A stretch of 64,000 bases of DNA from Candidatus Nanoarchaeia archaeon (GTDB lineage Archaea; Nanobdellota; Nanobdellia; CSSed11-243R1), in contig JAQTNH010000001.1 in NCBI GenBank assembly GCA_028713895.1, forward strand, positions 758,610 to 822,609, in the 5' to 3' direction. The translations under genes and the position numbers were made by a program. The notes under the pieces were generated by a model. The model searched no databases and was not told where the DNA came from. It saw only the letters and a program-made list of their open reading frames with translations. Positions 35,659-45,010 of the stretch are shown here, one piece after another. Position 1 is the stretch's first letter; each line of letters opens with the position of its first letter.

Positions 35659-36294
35659 TTACTCCGAATAAAAGTATTCTGCGAATTTGCAGTTGCTGCG
35701 CTTTCCAAAGACGACTCCCTTCAGGAGAATCAGCGGCTTAAGCGGAGCGGTCCATAATTTCTGCGACTTGAACTGGCGCAGAGCCTTGAGCTTAAGTTTG
35801 TATTTGTCAGAAATATCATAAATCCAGCTTGGGTCCTTGCTTGAAACGTCAAATAAATTGATCTGATACTTCAGGACTTCCGGCTTTTTTGCCAGTTTTG
35901 AAACAATTTCGTTCATTGCCCTGGTTACTGCGCGGTGGTCAGGATGCCCGTCCTTTATTGAATGATAAAAAATGCGCTTTGGATTGTATTTTTTGATTAT
36001 GTCCGTGATTTTCTTTTTTTGCTCGTCGTTTATCCCCCTGCTGGGGTCTATCCCAAGGAAAATTGTTTCGCTGACACCAAGCATGTCCCCTGCTTTCTGC
36101 GATTCAGCCACCCTTGCCTTGATTAGCTCCTGCGGATTCATCATTGGAGGCCAGGAAGTCAGCTGGCCCCAGAAATCCGCGCCATATGAAAAGATGACTA
36201 CAATTACCTTTTCAGTTTCTGCGAGCTTTGCTATGGTTCCGCCTGCGCCAATTACCTCATCATCAGCATGCGCTGCAAAAACAAGTGTTGTCAT
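35659..36294 (-). CDS. PIG-L/LmbE-family deacetylase
   Basis: 211-aa ORF with AHADDEVIGAGGT motif and HPDH. Confidence 0.75.
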   Translation of the reverse strand: MTTLVFAAHADDEVIGAGGTIAKLAETEKVIVVIFSYGADFWGQLTSWPPMMNPQELIKARVAESQKAGDMLGVSETIFLGIDPSRGINDEQKKKITDIIKKYNPKRIFYHSIKDGHPDHRAVTRAMNEIVSKLAKKPEVLKYQINLFDVSSKDPSWIYDISDKYKLKLKALRQFKSQKLWTAPLKPLILLKGVVFGKRSNCKFAEYFYSE

Positions 36295-36295
36295 A

Positions 36296-36832
36296 TTAAA
36301 AGACAGAACTGGCGTATTTATTTACTTTTTTTTCAATCATTTCCACAGGCTTTCTGAGGCTCAGCACCGTTATTGCAGATATTATCCCTACAATTGCGCC
36401 TGCGATAACGTCAGTCGGGTAGTGGACTCCAAGGTAAATCCTGCTCAAGCCAACAAGGATTGCGAGCGGATAAAACAGTTTAGCATACTTTGGCCAGCAA
36501 TAGGACAGAATAACTGCTGCTGCAAAGGCTGTTGCAGTGTGCCCGGAAGGGTATGAGTAGCCTGCAGCAAAAGCCAGCTGTGTCTGGACTAAATCAAGCA
36601 TGGGGCGTGAACGGTGCACAAGCTCCTTTATGATGAAAACGAGCAGGTTTGAGCCGAGAACCGCAACAAGGGCTGAAAATATCTTTTTGTTCCGCGATGC
36701 AATGTATCCCACTGCAAAAGCTGCAGAGGCTGCCCAGAATGTAAAAAACAAGGCAAAGGAAAGGGAAATAAAATTAAATACAGGATTTGCAAAATTCTGA
36801 AAAAATAAAATAGTGCTTAAGTCAAGGCTCAT
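36296..36832 (-). CDS. PAP2-family phosphatase (membrane)
   Basis: 178-aa ORF; KxxxxxxRP (KELVHRSRP), PSGH (YPSGHTA), SRxxxxxHxxxD (SRIYLGVHYPTD). Confidence 0.8.
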   Translation of the reverse strand: MSLDLSTILFFQNFANPVFNFISLSFALFFTFWAASAAFAVGYIASRNKKIFSALVAVLGSNLLVFIIKELVHRSRPMLDLVQTQLAFAAGYSYPSGHTATAFAAAVILSYCWPKYAKLFYPLAILVGLSRIYLGVHYPTDVIAGAIVGIISAITVLSLRKPVEMIEKKVNKYASSVF

Positions 36833-37059
36833 TTCAGTGAAATCATTGTTGAGGTTCGCTCGATTTCATCCATACCGCGTATTTCCTTTATAAGAAAATT
36901 CTGCAGCCCTTCCATGTTCGGCATCTCAACTTTTGCGATTATGTCGTATTCGCCATAAACAACGCTGACATCCTTTACTTCCTTCTTTTTCTTCAGTTTC
37001 TCTGCTACGTTAGATTCGTCCCCTGGTTTTACGATCAGTAAAACGTATGCTACTACCAT
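36829..37059 (-). CDS. Lrp/AsnC ligand-binding-domain-only small protein
   Basis: 76-aa ORF ...VVAYVLLIVKPGDESNVAEKLKK..EVKDVSVVYGEYDIIAKVE... Confidence 0.55.
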   Translation of the reverse strand: MVVAYVLLIVKPGDESNVAEKLKKKKEVKDVSVVYGEYDIIAKVEMPNMEGLQNFLIKEIRGMDEIERTSTMISLK

Positions 37060-37063
37060 TGTT

Positions 37064-37618
37064 TTACCTCCTTTGTCCTGATTTTTTAAGTGCTTTTTCC
37101 TTTATAATCTCTTTGCGAGTAAGATTGGCATTTGGGATAACAATTGTCCTTCCGGTCGAGTCCTTGAGCATTGTTGTCATCAGTGTTATTTCCTGCACTT
37201 TCCCGCTGTAGACGCCTACAGTTATGTTATCTCCTTCCTTTATTGACTTGGTTATGTGAATGAAAACACCGGCAACAGCATTTGAGATTACGTCCTTAAG
37301 GCTGTATACCACAAAAAATGCAACAAGCACTATGAGCGCTATTATCAGTATGTTGAAAACTATTGTTGCGAACCCGAACTGCGAGAGGGCTATGATTATT
37401 GTAATAAAATAAAGCAGATATCTGATTGTTACAAGAATCAGGTCAACCAAGGGCGCCTCGTACCCCATGTCAGAGATTGTTTTCTGCACTTCCCTGCGCT
37501 TGAAGAAGTACTTGAGAGCGTCAGTTATGAATTTTGTAAGGGTAAGGCCTATTACAACTATAATCACAAACTGGACTATGTTTATTATCTGCGCCTGCAG
37601 TATCTCGCTTAAAACCAT
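37064..37618 (-). CDS. small-conductance mechanosensitive channel (MscS-like, short form)
   Basis: 184-aa ORF: three TM helices then ...IKEGDNITVGVYSGKVQEITLMTTMLKDSTGRTIVIPNANL... beta domain. Confidence 0.65.
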   Translation of the reverse strand: MVLSEILQAQIINIVQFVIIVVIGLTLTKFITDALKYFFKRREVQKTISDMGYEAPLVDLILVTIRYLLYFITIIIALSQFGFATIVFNILIIALIVLVAFFVVYSLKDVISNAVAGVFIHITKSIKEGDNITVGVYSGKVQEITLMTTMLKDSTGRTIVIPNANLTRKEIIKEKALKKSGQRR

Positions 37619-37644
37619 AATTGAGAATAAGACTGCGATATTTA

Positions 37645-38061
37645 TTAAAGCTTTGTGACGATGTCATTGGCTTTTTTAAGCAAATCTCGGGAATTGGCAA
37701 AAGTCACTCTCTGCATTGCTTCTTCGTATGTGAGCCATTCATAGCCGGTGTGCTCGAATGATATCTTAACTGTGCTGGTCTTTGTTTCAGCAAGATACAT
37801 ATACACCTCTTTTGAGACTGTTTCCTTCCAATTCCTGTAGAAATACTGGATTTTATGGCGAAATTCCGGCACTATCTCCAAATCTGTTATGCCGGTTTCC
37901 TCCCTGCATTCGCGTTTTAATGTTTCAAGCTCTGCCTCGCCCTTTTCTATGTGCCCCTTAACATAGTCCCAGTGTCCGGCTTTGTAGTGCAGAAAAAGAT
38001 ATTTCACAATGCCGTCTTCTCTTCTGAAAATTACAGCCCCGGCAGAAACTTCGTTTGACAT
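37645..38061 (-). CDS. NUDIX hydrolase
   Basis: ORF 37645..38163 trimmed to ATG 38061 (MSNEVSAGAVIF...); Nudix box GHIEKGEAELETLKRECREETG. Confidence 0.75.
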   Translation of the reverse strand: MSNEVSAGAVIFRREDGIVKYLFLHYKAGHWDYVKGHIEKGEAELETLKRECREETGITDLEIVPEFRHKIQYFYRNWKETVSKEVYMYLAETKTSTVKISFEHTGYEWLTYEEAMQRVTFANSRDLLKKANDIVTKL

Positions 38062-38162
38062 ATTTAGGATAATAAACAATAGATTTAAATAACCCTCTTT
38101 TCTTGACTTTTTTGCCAAGATGATAGGATTGAAATAATCTTGATTTGGCAAGGTGATTAACA

Positions 38163-38741
38163 ATGGGTTTGTATAAGTATCTTAACAAGTTCTGGCAGGA
38201 CCAGAAAACAGAATCTAAAGATTTAATCCGTGAAAGACTGATTCAATGGCGAAGAGAGCCTTCTATAGTAGTTATGGAACATCCAACCAGGTTGGACAAG
38301 GCAAGAATGCTCGGCTACAAAGCAAAGCAGGGATTCATTGTCGCAAGGATAAGACTCGGGGCTGGAGGCAGATTCAGGCCGTCAGTCAACAAGGGAAGGA
38401 AGCCAAAAAGGTTTGGACAGAACTTTTCCACAACAAAAAACCTGCAGGCAATCGCCGAGCTCAGGGTAAACAGAAAATATCCCAATATGGAAGTCCTTAA
38501 TTCATATTATGTTGCCGGAGACAGCAAAAGCCAATGGTATGAAGTCATACTTATTGACAGGGCGCATCCCGCAATCATAAATGACAGAGATATAAACTGG
38601 ATAATCAACCAGAGAGGAAGAGCAGCGCGGGGACTGACAGCAGCGGGAAAACGCTCAAAAGAAGCAAGAAGGAAAGAATCCAAGTTCCCTGCAAAGAGAA
38701 GTTCCAAGGACAGGTCACGCGCAATAAAGAGACGAGGCTAG
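38163..38741 (+). CDS. rpl15e: 50S ribosomal protein L15e (eL15)
   Basis: 192-aa ORF MGLYKYLNKFWQDQ...LIQWRREPSIVVMEHPTRLDKARMLGYKAKQG... Confidence 0.9.
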   Translation: MGLYKYLNKFWQDQKTESKDLIRERLIQWRREPSIVVMEHPTRLDKARMLGYKAKQGFIVARIRLGAGGRFRPSVNKGRKPKRFGQNFSTTKNLQAIAELRVNRKYPNMEVLNSYYVAGDSKSQWYEVILIDRAHPAIINDRDINWIINQRGRAARGLTAAGKRSKEARRKESKFPAKRSSKDRSRAIKRRG

Positions 38742-38745
38742 AACC

Positions 38746-39087
38746 ATGTTTCCTGGAATCAATCCGAAGCAGATGGAAAAGGCAATGCGCCAGATGGGGA
38801 TACAATCAGAAAAAATCGATGCAGAAGAGGTAATCATAAAGACAGCGACTAAAAAGATTGTTATCTCAAACCCTGATGTCACGAAAGTGAAGATGGCTGG
38901 GCAGGAGACTTTCCAGATTGCCGGGGAAATAAGCGAAGAGGAAGCTGAGGAAAAGACATCGTTTACGCAGGACGACGTTGAGATGGTCATGGAACAGACT
39001 GGCAGCGATGAAAAAACAGTCATGGACAAATTAAAAGAAAACAACGGGGACATTGCAAAAACGATTCTTGAGCTCAAGGAAGACTGA
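38746..39087 (+). CDS. nac: nascent polypeptide-associated complex protein (NAC alpha homologue)
   Basis: 113-aa ORF MFPGINPKQMEKAMRQMGI... NAC domain plus C-terminal UBA-like segment. Confidence 0.85.
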   Translation: MFPGINPKQMEKAMRQMGIQSEKIDAEEVIIKTATKKIVISNPDVTKVKMAGQETFQIAGEISEEEAEEKTSFTQDDVEMVMEQTGSDEKTVMDKLKENNGDIAKTILELKED

Positions 39088-39194
39088 CTTCTTTTATTAT
39101 TTTTTTTCATTATATTTATAAATGGCATATTCGTAATAATATTAACAATAGGGTGGGGTTCTGGTATATTAATAAAAACGGATAGGTGATACAA

Positions 39195-39845
39195 ATGGCA
39201 TTGGTTAAACAAAATACAGAAAATCTTTATGAGAGAAACATTCTATGGCTCAAATCCAGGAGTTTTATATTGCAACCCCAGGAAAAAAGCGAAGAAAAGG
39301 GTGCTAAGAAAAAGGACAACAAAAATATAGAAACCTATTGTTTGCAGACTGATTATGGCGAGCTTTCCATTGTTTTGTACAAAGATGAACCTGGCAGCGT
39401 TTCAGGATATTTAAACGTCACAAAGCATTACCCAAACTGGATGGATTATGAAACACAAGGGAATAAGCATTCCAAAGGACTGGAAGCTCTTGTAAGTAAG
39501 ATAAACAGCAGTTTAAACACGTTCAAATCTAATGTAACGGCTGATGTCAAAAAAATAGGCCGCAAGTTCCAAGAGGATTATAAAAGGCTTGCAAAAGAGA
39601 ACCCCTCAGTTGACGGTTTTCACATGACTGATGAACATTGGGTCGGCATTGGCAGCCAATGCGACGGAGATTTCATAGTCTTAGCACTCTCCACCAGCGT
39701 CCCACGCGTCCATACGCGTTCAGATTACCAAATAGGCAGCTCAGTAGAATACATGACTGCTGAAGAACTCTATCTTAAGTTCGAAAATCTGATGGATGCA
39801 TTTACAGATTTTTATAAATCCGATAAACCAGCCAAGAAAAAGTAA
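39195..39845 (+). CDS. hypothetical protein
   Basis: ORF 39186..39845 trimmed to ATG 39195 preceded by GGTGAT SD; no family recognised. Confidence 0.45.
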   Translation: MALVKQNTENLYERNILWLKSRSFILQPQEKSEEKGAKKKDNKNIETYCLQTDYGELSIVLYKDEPGSVSGYLNVTKHYPNWMDYETQGNKHSKGLEALVSKINSSLNTFKSNVTADVKKIGRKFQEDYKRLAKENPSVDGFHMTDEHWVGIGSQCDGDFIVLALSTSVPRVHTRSDYQIGSSVEYMTAEELYLKFENLMDAFTDFYKSDKPAKKK

Positions 39846-39862
39846 TTTTTCTCTTTTTTATT

Positions 39863-41329
39863 TTATTCTTTTGCTTTTATTGTCCTGAATAACAGCCCTT
39901 TTGTTATGATTACCTCAAGCATCAGATAAATCAGGATAGGCGTTCCCAAATCAGCCCAGAGCAGGGTTACAACAGTTGTTATCCCTATTGCCATCCAGAA
40001 AATCTTGTTGAGCCTTGAGTTGAGCTCTGCAATCTTGCGCATTATAATTCCCTCTTTCTTTATCCAGAACACAGAATAATTCTGATAAACAAGATTCATG
40101 ACTGAGACCAGCACAATCGCTGCCATTGTCAGGAGAGTTATTGTCATCTTTAATCCTGAAATCGTCCCGATTATTACGATTATTTCAGACGCCCCAAGCA
40201 GCAATGCAACTGCAGCTGTTTTGATGTCCCTGAATATTATGAGGTTAAGCAATGCGTTTATGAACAGGATTCCTGCGATTACTGCAAAGAACACAAACAC
40301 TGTCTTTTCACCGGTTAACGGGGCTGCCAAATCCACGCTTTGTATCTCCGCATCTGTCCTGCCCTGAAGCACAGCCTGTACGAAGTGAAGGGTATTGAAC
40401 GCATCGTCCTTTGTCTTTTCCTCTCCGCCGATGAAAACACTTGACAGGTTCTTTCCCTTGTCAATTGCATAGATTGTTTCGAACCCGACAGTTTCTCCGT
40501 CAAGGTAGAACTTTATTGAATCATTGAGCTCACAGCGCTCGTACTCGCATTTGAGAATGCTCAGGCTTTTTGCAAGCTCAGGGAATCGTGCTGCAGCCTC
40601 ATCTGTAATCTGGGTTTCAAATCCGAACTTCCAGAGAACCTCTTTTGATTCCTGGGACTGGTTAAGAACAGCGTATGTGTGGACCATGCAGTCAACGCCG
40701 CTTATGCAGTATTTTGCAATCTCCCTGTCTGTGAAAAGTACGTTTTCACCTATTTTGGCTTCAAAAACCCCGTTTGATTCTATCAGTTTTGATATGTCCC
40801 TGCCAGCGGAAGTGTACAATACAACATCACTGCCCTGTTTCTGGAATATATAATCCGAGACTCTTGCTGTTTTGAACCGTTTTGAAAGAACATCAATCGT
40901 GTTGTCAGGGTCAGAAGTTTTGATTGTGAACCTATTTGACTCCTGGAGCTGGGCATTGAACTTGAGATTTGAAAATGAATTCTCTTTTGCATAAAATGCA
41001 ATCGGATTATCATCTGTATTTGTTATGTAATTGTGCGCAAACTGCCTGTAGCTGTAAGGGAAAGTTTCCCGTTCAATAACAACTTTCAGGCTTTCGTTTG
41101 CCCCTATGCTGCCTACAATGCCTGAAAAGGATTCAATAGACGCTATCTTTTCTCCGTTTATGCTGTAAACCAAGTCATAAGGCCGGAATGACAATGAGGC
41201 AGGGAATTCTGTTGCTGTAATCTCGACTGCCTGTTTTGTGAAGGGGTGTATCATTAAAGCCCCCCATATAACAAGAAACACAATGACTATTATCCGCCAG
41301 TTCTGCAAAATTTTCATACATTCACCCAT
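39863..41329 (-). CDS. membrane protein, possibly SecD/SecF-family
   Basis: 488-aa ORF: N-terminal TM, ~330-aa external domain, C-terminal 5-6 TM bundle (...LKMTITLLTMAAIVLVSVMNLV...) loosely resembling SecD/F; tentative. Confidence 0.35.
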   Translation of the reverse strand: MGECMKILQNWRIIVIVFLVIWGALMIHPFTKQAVEITATEFPASLSFRPYDLVYSINGEKIASIESFSGIVGSIGANESLKVVIERETFPYSYRQFAHNYITNTDDNPIAFYAKENSFSNLKFNAQLQESNRFTIKTSDPDNTIDVLSKRFKTARVSDYIFQKQGSDVVLYTSAGRDISKLIESNGVFEAKIGENVLFTDREIAKYCISGVDCMVHTYAVLNQSQESKEVLWKFGFETQITDEAAARFPELAKSLSILKCEYERCELNDSIKFYLDGETVGFETIYAIDKGKNLSSVFIGGEEKTKDDAFNTLHFVQAVLQGRTDAEIQSVDLAAPLTGEKTVFVFFAVIAGILFINALLNLIIFRDIKTAAVALLLGASEIIVIIGTISGLKMTITLLTMAAIVLVSVMNLVYQNYSVFWIKKEGIIMRKIAELNSRLNKIFWMAIGITTVVTLLWADLGTPILIYLMLEVIITKGLLFRTIKAKE

Positions 41330-41372
41330 TAGATATCTATTTAAATTTCTTTTCTTTCAGCCCTTTAGAAAA

Positions 41373-41523
41373 GCGCTGGCGGAAAGATGCTTCGCAATCA
41401 GCCCTTAAACCTTTCTTGCAAAGAAAGCCTTGGGAAAGAAGCGCTGGCGGAAAGATGCTTCGCAATCAGCCCTTAAGCCTTTCTTGCAAAGAAAGCCTTG
41501 GGAAAGAAGCGCTGGCGGAAAGA
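41373..41523 (+). repeat. 68-nt direct tandem repeat, 2.2 copies, upstream of tRNA-Pro
   Basis: Units 41373..41440 and 41441..41508 differ at 1 of 68 nt (GCGCTGGCGGAAAGATGCTTCGCAATCAGCCCTTAA[A/G]CCTTTCTTGCAAAGAAAGCCTTGGGAAAGAA); partial third unit to 41523; a degenerate relative continues to 41597. Confidence 0.85.
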
Positions 41524-41597
41524 TTATTAAAAGGTAATATCTTTCGTTCCCTCAAGCCCTTCTTGCGAAGAAGCGCTTGCGGAAGAACTAAGCTGTT

Positions 41598-41671
41598 GGG
41601 GCTGTGGTCTAACTTGGTATGATGCGAGGTTCGGGACCTTGTGACTCCCGGTTCAAATCCGGGCAGCCCCA
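41598..41671 (+). tRNA. tRNA-Pro(CGG), intron-less
   Basis: GGGGCTG-TG-GTCT-AACTTGGTA-TGAT-G-CGAGG-TTCGGGA-CCTTG-TGACT-CCCGG-TTCAAAT-CCGGG-CAGCCCC-A; clean cloverleaf. Confidence 0.95.
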
Positions 41672-41673
41672 TT

Positions 41674-42243
41674 TTAATTTTCTATTGACTGAAAACCAGT
41701 TTCCTTGAGAAGCAAGTCAGCTGCTGCGAATAGCTCCACTACAAGCCCGTTGTTTGAGACTATCTTGTCAGCATAATCCCTGAAATGATTATAAAGATTG
41801 AATATCTCCCGCTCTTTCTGCTCCTGCGCTTCGATTTCAGCTATTGTTTTGGGGTCCTTGACTCCTGCGCGCTTTATCAGGCGCTGATACCTGATTTCCT
41901 GCTCTGCTGTGATATAAACCAGAATGAAATCCCTGCCAAGCTCTCTCTTGAACAATTTTACTTCGTCTATGTCGCGAAGCCCGGAGATTACAGCCCTTCG
42001 CATGCCCTGTTTGCGCGCATATTCCAGGCATGCTTTTGCCCAGACGCCATTGCCATATTTTGATTTGTATTCCCTGGAAAGCTTCTGCATCTCCTCGCGG
42101 TTTATAGGAAGCTTGAGTTTTTTGAGCTCTTCAGTTACCACCTCGCTCATTACTATCTTCTGGTAGCCTCGCTTGCGTACCAGATAGTCAGCAAAAGCGT
42201 CCTTGCCTCCGCCTATTTCACCGCAAAGCCCGATTACTTTCAT
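41674..42243 (-). CDS. P-loop nucleotide/nucleoside kinase-like protein (dephospho-CoA kinase / dNMP kinase-like)
   Basis: ORF 41674..42324 trimmed to ATG 42243 (MKVIGLCGEIGGGKD... Walker A). Confidence 0.55.
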   Translation of the reverse strand: MKVIGLCGEIGGGKDAFADYLVRKRGYQKIVMSEVVTEELKKLKLPINREEMQKLSREYKSKYGNGVWAKACLEYARKQGMRRAVISGLRDIDEVKLFKRELGRDFILVYITAEQEIRYQRLIKRAGVKDPKTIAEIEAQEQKEREIFNLYNHFRDYADKIVSNNGLVVELFAAADLLLKETGFQSIEN

Positions 42244-42294
42244 GTTTAAACACATTTTATAAAAATTCTTAAAGGCAGAGACATTAAAAACTTT

Positions 42295-42819
42295 ATGGAA
42301 AACAGTCTGGCAGCCGGAAAACAAGCAGGCACCTGTAACCCAGTTATGGGCTCTGGAAAAGACAGCAAGGCAGATGAGCTGGCTAAATATTTCATGCCCA
42401 ATTTTGCGGATATTCTTAGTTCCATCTCGATTGTGTGCAGCAGGATGTATTCAACCAAAACGGATGAATCAACTCTCACCGACTGCAGGTTCAAGCTTTT
42501 TTCGCTGATTAAGCGCATTGATTCTTTTTATGAACTTGATATCAAAAAAAGTTCGAAATTTAACCAATATCCTGCTGTGAAGAACCTTGAGAGCCTTGTC
42601 TGGATAAGGGAGACAATTCCCCAGCTTAGTCATAAATTGGCCCATTACATGAAGATAAAGAACAATGAATTTGTTGAGAAAGAAGAATATTTTGAAAACG
42701 AGATTTTTCCAGCGATTAAGAAATTAAAAGATTATGACATGGATTTTAAAAATACGCTCAGGGCATACTGCAAGCGCGAAGGAAAGAATTTTGATGATTA
42801 TATCTTCAAAAAGAAATGA
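42295..42819 (+). CDS. hypothetical protein
   Basis: 174-aa ORF, no family recognised. Confidence 0.4.
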   Translation: MENSLAAGKQAGTCNPVMGSGKDSKADELAKYFMPNFADILSSISIVCSRMYSTKTDESTLTDCRFKLFSLIKRIDSFYELDIKKSSKFNQYPAVKNLESLVWIRETIPQLSHKLAHYMKIKNNEFVEKEEYFENEIFPAIKKLKDYDMDFKNTLRAYCKREGKNFDDYIFKKK

Positions 42820-43311
42820 TTATCTCGGCTTTTCGTTCTGCCAATGCCCCTGATAGACTTGGTCGACTTCTTCAGCCATGCCCAAAAACATCATCTGGAA
42901 CCAGCACTCGTCCCTGTGGATGCGCATTTCCTGTATTGTGACGCGGACAGTCTGGGTGCCAAAGCCTGAATAGCCAGAGTCCCATATAGCTGACTCAGAT
43001 TTAATCATGCCCAGCCTGTTGAGTGTGCTTCGCGGGAACAAAAGTCCGACAGCTGTTTTTGGGATATTTACTTTGTTTGCAACGCGAATTTCGTAAGTGC
43101 CCTGCGGCAGGACATAGAACCCGTCAGAGTCAGGCTCGATTTTGAATTTGTCAGGCTCAATCTTCCGGATGCTTCCATGGATTGTCGCGATTCCTTCCTC
43201 TGGAAGTTTCCAGACTTCAGAAATGCGCAAGTCAACGCCATTGGGATTTATCTTTATCTCTGGCGGCTGCTCAATGTGTTTTGCAACTTCCTTTCCAGTC
43301 CAGACTGACAT
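42820..43311 (-). CDS. dcd: dCTP deaminase / dUTPase-family protein
   Basis: 163-aa ORF; ...NPNGVDLRISEV...GLLFPRSTLNRLG...SGYSG... trimeric dUTPase-fold motifs. Confidence 0.7.
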   Translation of the reverse strand: MSVWTGKEVAKHIEQPPEIKINPNGVDLRISEVWKLPEEGIATIHGSIRKIEPDKFKIEPDSDGFYVLPQGTYEIRVANKVNIPKTAVGLLFPRSTLNRLGMIKSESAIWDSGYSGFGTQTVRVTIQEMRIHRDECWFQMMFLGMAEEVDQVYQGHWQNEKPR

Positions 43312-43763
43312 TATTCCACAACCCCTACAAAGTCCATAAATTTTTTAACTAATCTTTTGGATTCCAATTCTTTAATGCCTTTTATAATCTTAATATCGGT
43401 TCCAATCCCATTTTCTTTTAAAATATCAAACGATTTTTTGTTTCCATATTCTTTATGTTCAGTTCCATAAACAACTTTCTTTATCCTGGCACGTATTATT
43501 GCATTAGCACACATCAAGCAAGGTTCTACTGTGATGTATACCATACAACCATCAAGAAAACTGGAATTTAAGATTTTACACGCTTTTCGTATCGCATTAA
43601 TCTCTGCATGAGCTGTTGCATCTTTGGTGGTAAGTTTAGAGCTTGAGGACTTAACAATTAGTTTTCCATTTCTGGCAATAACGCAACCCGCAGGATAATC
43701 TCCTCTTTTTAGAGCTTTTTCTGCTTCTTTTAATGCGATATTCATAAATTCTTTATCTGTCAT
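43311..43763 (-). CDS. cytidine/deoxycytidylate deaminase-family zinc enzyme (TadA/dCMP-deaminase-like)
   Basis: 150-aa ORF with HAEINAI and PCLMCANAI zinc motifs. Confidence 0.8.
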   Translation of the reverse strand: MTDKEFMNIALKEAEKALKRGDYPAGCVIARNGKLIVKSSSSKLTTKDATAHAEINAIRKACKILNSSFLDGCMVYITVEPCLMCANAIIRARIKKVVYGTEHKEYGNKKSFDILKENGIGTDIKIIKGIKELESKRLVKKFMDFVGVVE

Positions 43764-43768
43764 TATAT

Positions 43769-44122
43769 TTATTCCACCAATATCTCATCTTCTTCTTGCC
43801 ATGGAGGACAGCAGGCTACAAGTATTTCAGCGTCTTCCTTGCTTGTTTTCCAAGCTTTGTGATTTGTGTGAGGATATATCATTATCATTTCGCCTTTTTC
43901 AAGATGCTCAACCTTGCCATCAACTTCTACATTTATTGCCCCTTTCAGAACAAAGTAAACTTCTGTAAGCTTTTTGTGATAATGCCTTTTGGTTTTGTCT
44001 GTTATTGTAACATGCACAAAATCAAAATCCTTGGAGTCTTTTGAATTTGTCAAATCCCGCATTATTCCACAGGTTATTTCACGTGGAGTTGCATCTTTTA
44101 CTCGCCTTACTATGTGCGCCAT
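43769..44122 (-). CDS. cupin-domain protein
   Basis: 117-aa ORF ...HYHKKLTEVYFVLKGAINVEVDGK...GEMIMIYPHTNH... Confidence 0.65.
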   Translation of the reverse strand: MAHIVRRVKDATPREITCGIMRDLTNSKDSKDFDFVHVTITDKTKRHYHKKLTEVYFVLKGAINVEVDGKVEHLEKGEMIMIYPHTNHKAWKTSKEDAEILVACCPPWQEEDEILVE

Positions 44123-44577
44123 TATTTCATAGCCTCCTTGAACTTCTTTGGGAGGCGGGTTTTGTCTGTTATCATGTCAATCTTCATGTTGTCCTTGTTC
44201 ACGTGGATGAATACTGCCTTGCCTGCTTTTTTGAACTCGAAAAGATTTTCCTTTGCATCGGGAATCCCTATTGTCCTGCTCAGCTTTGCGCCCTTGATTT
44301 CCCCAAGGTGGGTCATGTCATAGATGCTTTCTGCAAGGAGCTTCTGGTAGCGCTCGCTCTCTTTTTTGTAAACATCTGGTAGCACAATCTTCTTTGCACC
44401 AAGCAGTTTCTCGAACTCTTCTTCAGTAATGTATTTGTCCTTGCCTTTCAGGTGCTTTTCAAGCGCAATCTTTTTGCCCTTTTCGTTTATCGCATTTATC
44501 CCTGAATAAAGCCACTTGATTTTGTCAACGTCCTCTTTTGTAATTGGCGTTTCAACAAGTTTTTTGAGATGTGTCAT
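44122..44577 (-). CDS. hypothetical protein
   Basis: 151-aa ORF; no family recognised. Confidence 0.4.
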   Translation of the reverse strand: MTHLKKLVETPITKEDVDKIKWLYSGINAINEKGKKIALEKHLKGKDKYITEEEFEKLLGAKKIVLPDVYKKESERYQKLLAESIYDMTHLGEIKGAKLSRTIGIPDAKENLFEFKKAGKAVFIHVNKDNMKIDMITDKTRLPKKFKEAMK

Positions 44578-44583
44578 CAGAAT

Positions 44584-45009
44584 TTACTCGGCACTGCCGC
44601 CGCCTCCGAGCACTAGCATTGCTTTTTCAGCCATTTCTAGAATCTGCGGAGTTGTTACCTTCATCTTTTTTATTTCAACAGGCTTTACCCATCTGGATTC
44701 TGCGTAGTCCTCGTGCAGCTTTATCTTTGCCTTCATGTCTTTCAGCCTGCAAAGGTATGCAACATTGAACAGTTCAGCGTCCCCTTCCTTTATGATGCTT
44801 GAAAAGAACTGGTAAATTATGTCTATGTCAAGCCCGGTGAGGTTTTTGACTTCACCCATCAAATCTTTTTCAGGGCTGGTTTCGGACTCAAGAAAGCCGT
44901 TTGGGAACTCCCATTTGTTTTCAAGCTCCTTTCCAAACGCCTTGCCGCATTTAAGCAAGAGCACCTGCTCTTTGGAGTTTACAATAATAGCCTGCTGGAT
45001 AGTTTCCAT
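44584..45009 (-). CDS. NUDIX-family hydrolase
   Basis: 141-aa ORF; Nudix-box-like NGFLESETSPEKDLMGEVKNLTG. Confidence 0.55.
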   Translation of the reverse strand: METIQQAIIVNSKEQVLLLKCGKAFGKELENKWEFPNGFLESETSPEKDLMGEVKNLTGLDIDIIYQFFSSIIKEGDAELFNVAYLCRLKDMKAKIKLHEDYAESRWVKPVEIKKMKVTTPQILEMAEKAMLVLGGGGSAE

Positions 45010-45010
45010 A

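Noticed and set aside
41373-41523. A CRISPR array
   Set aside because: The 68-nt units abut each other directly with no unique spacers. The unit length is outside the CRISPR repeat range, and no cas genes are nearby.
41416-41672. ORFs 41416..41622 (+) and 41466..41672 (-)
   Set aside because: They are read through the tandem repeat and the tRNA-Pro gene, so the periodic sequence explains the open frames.
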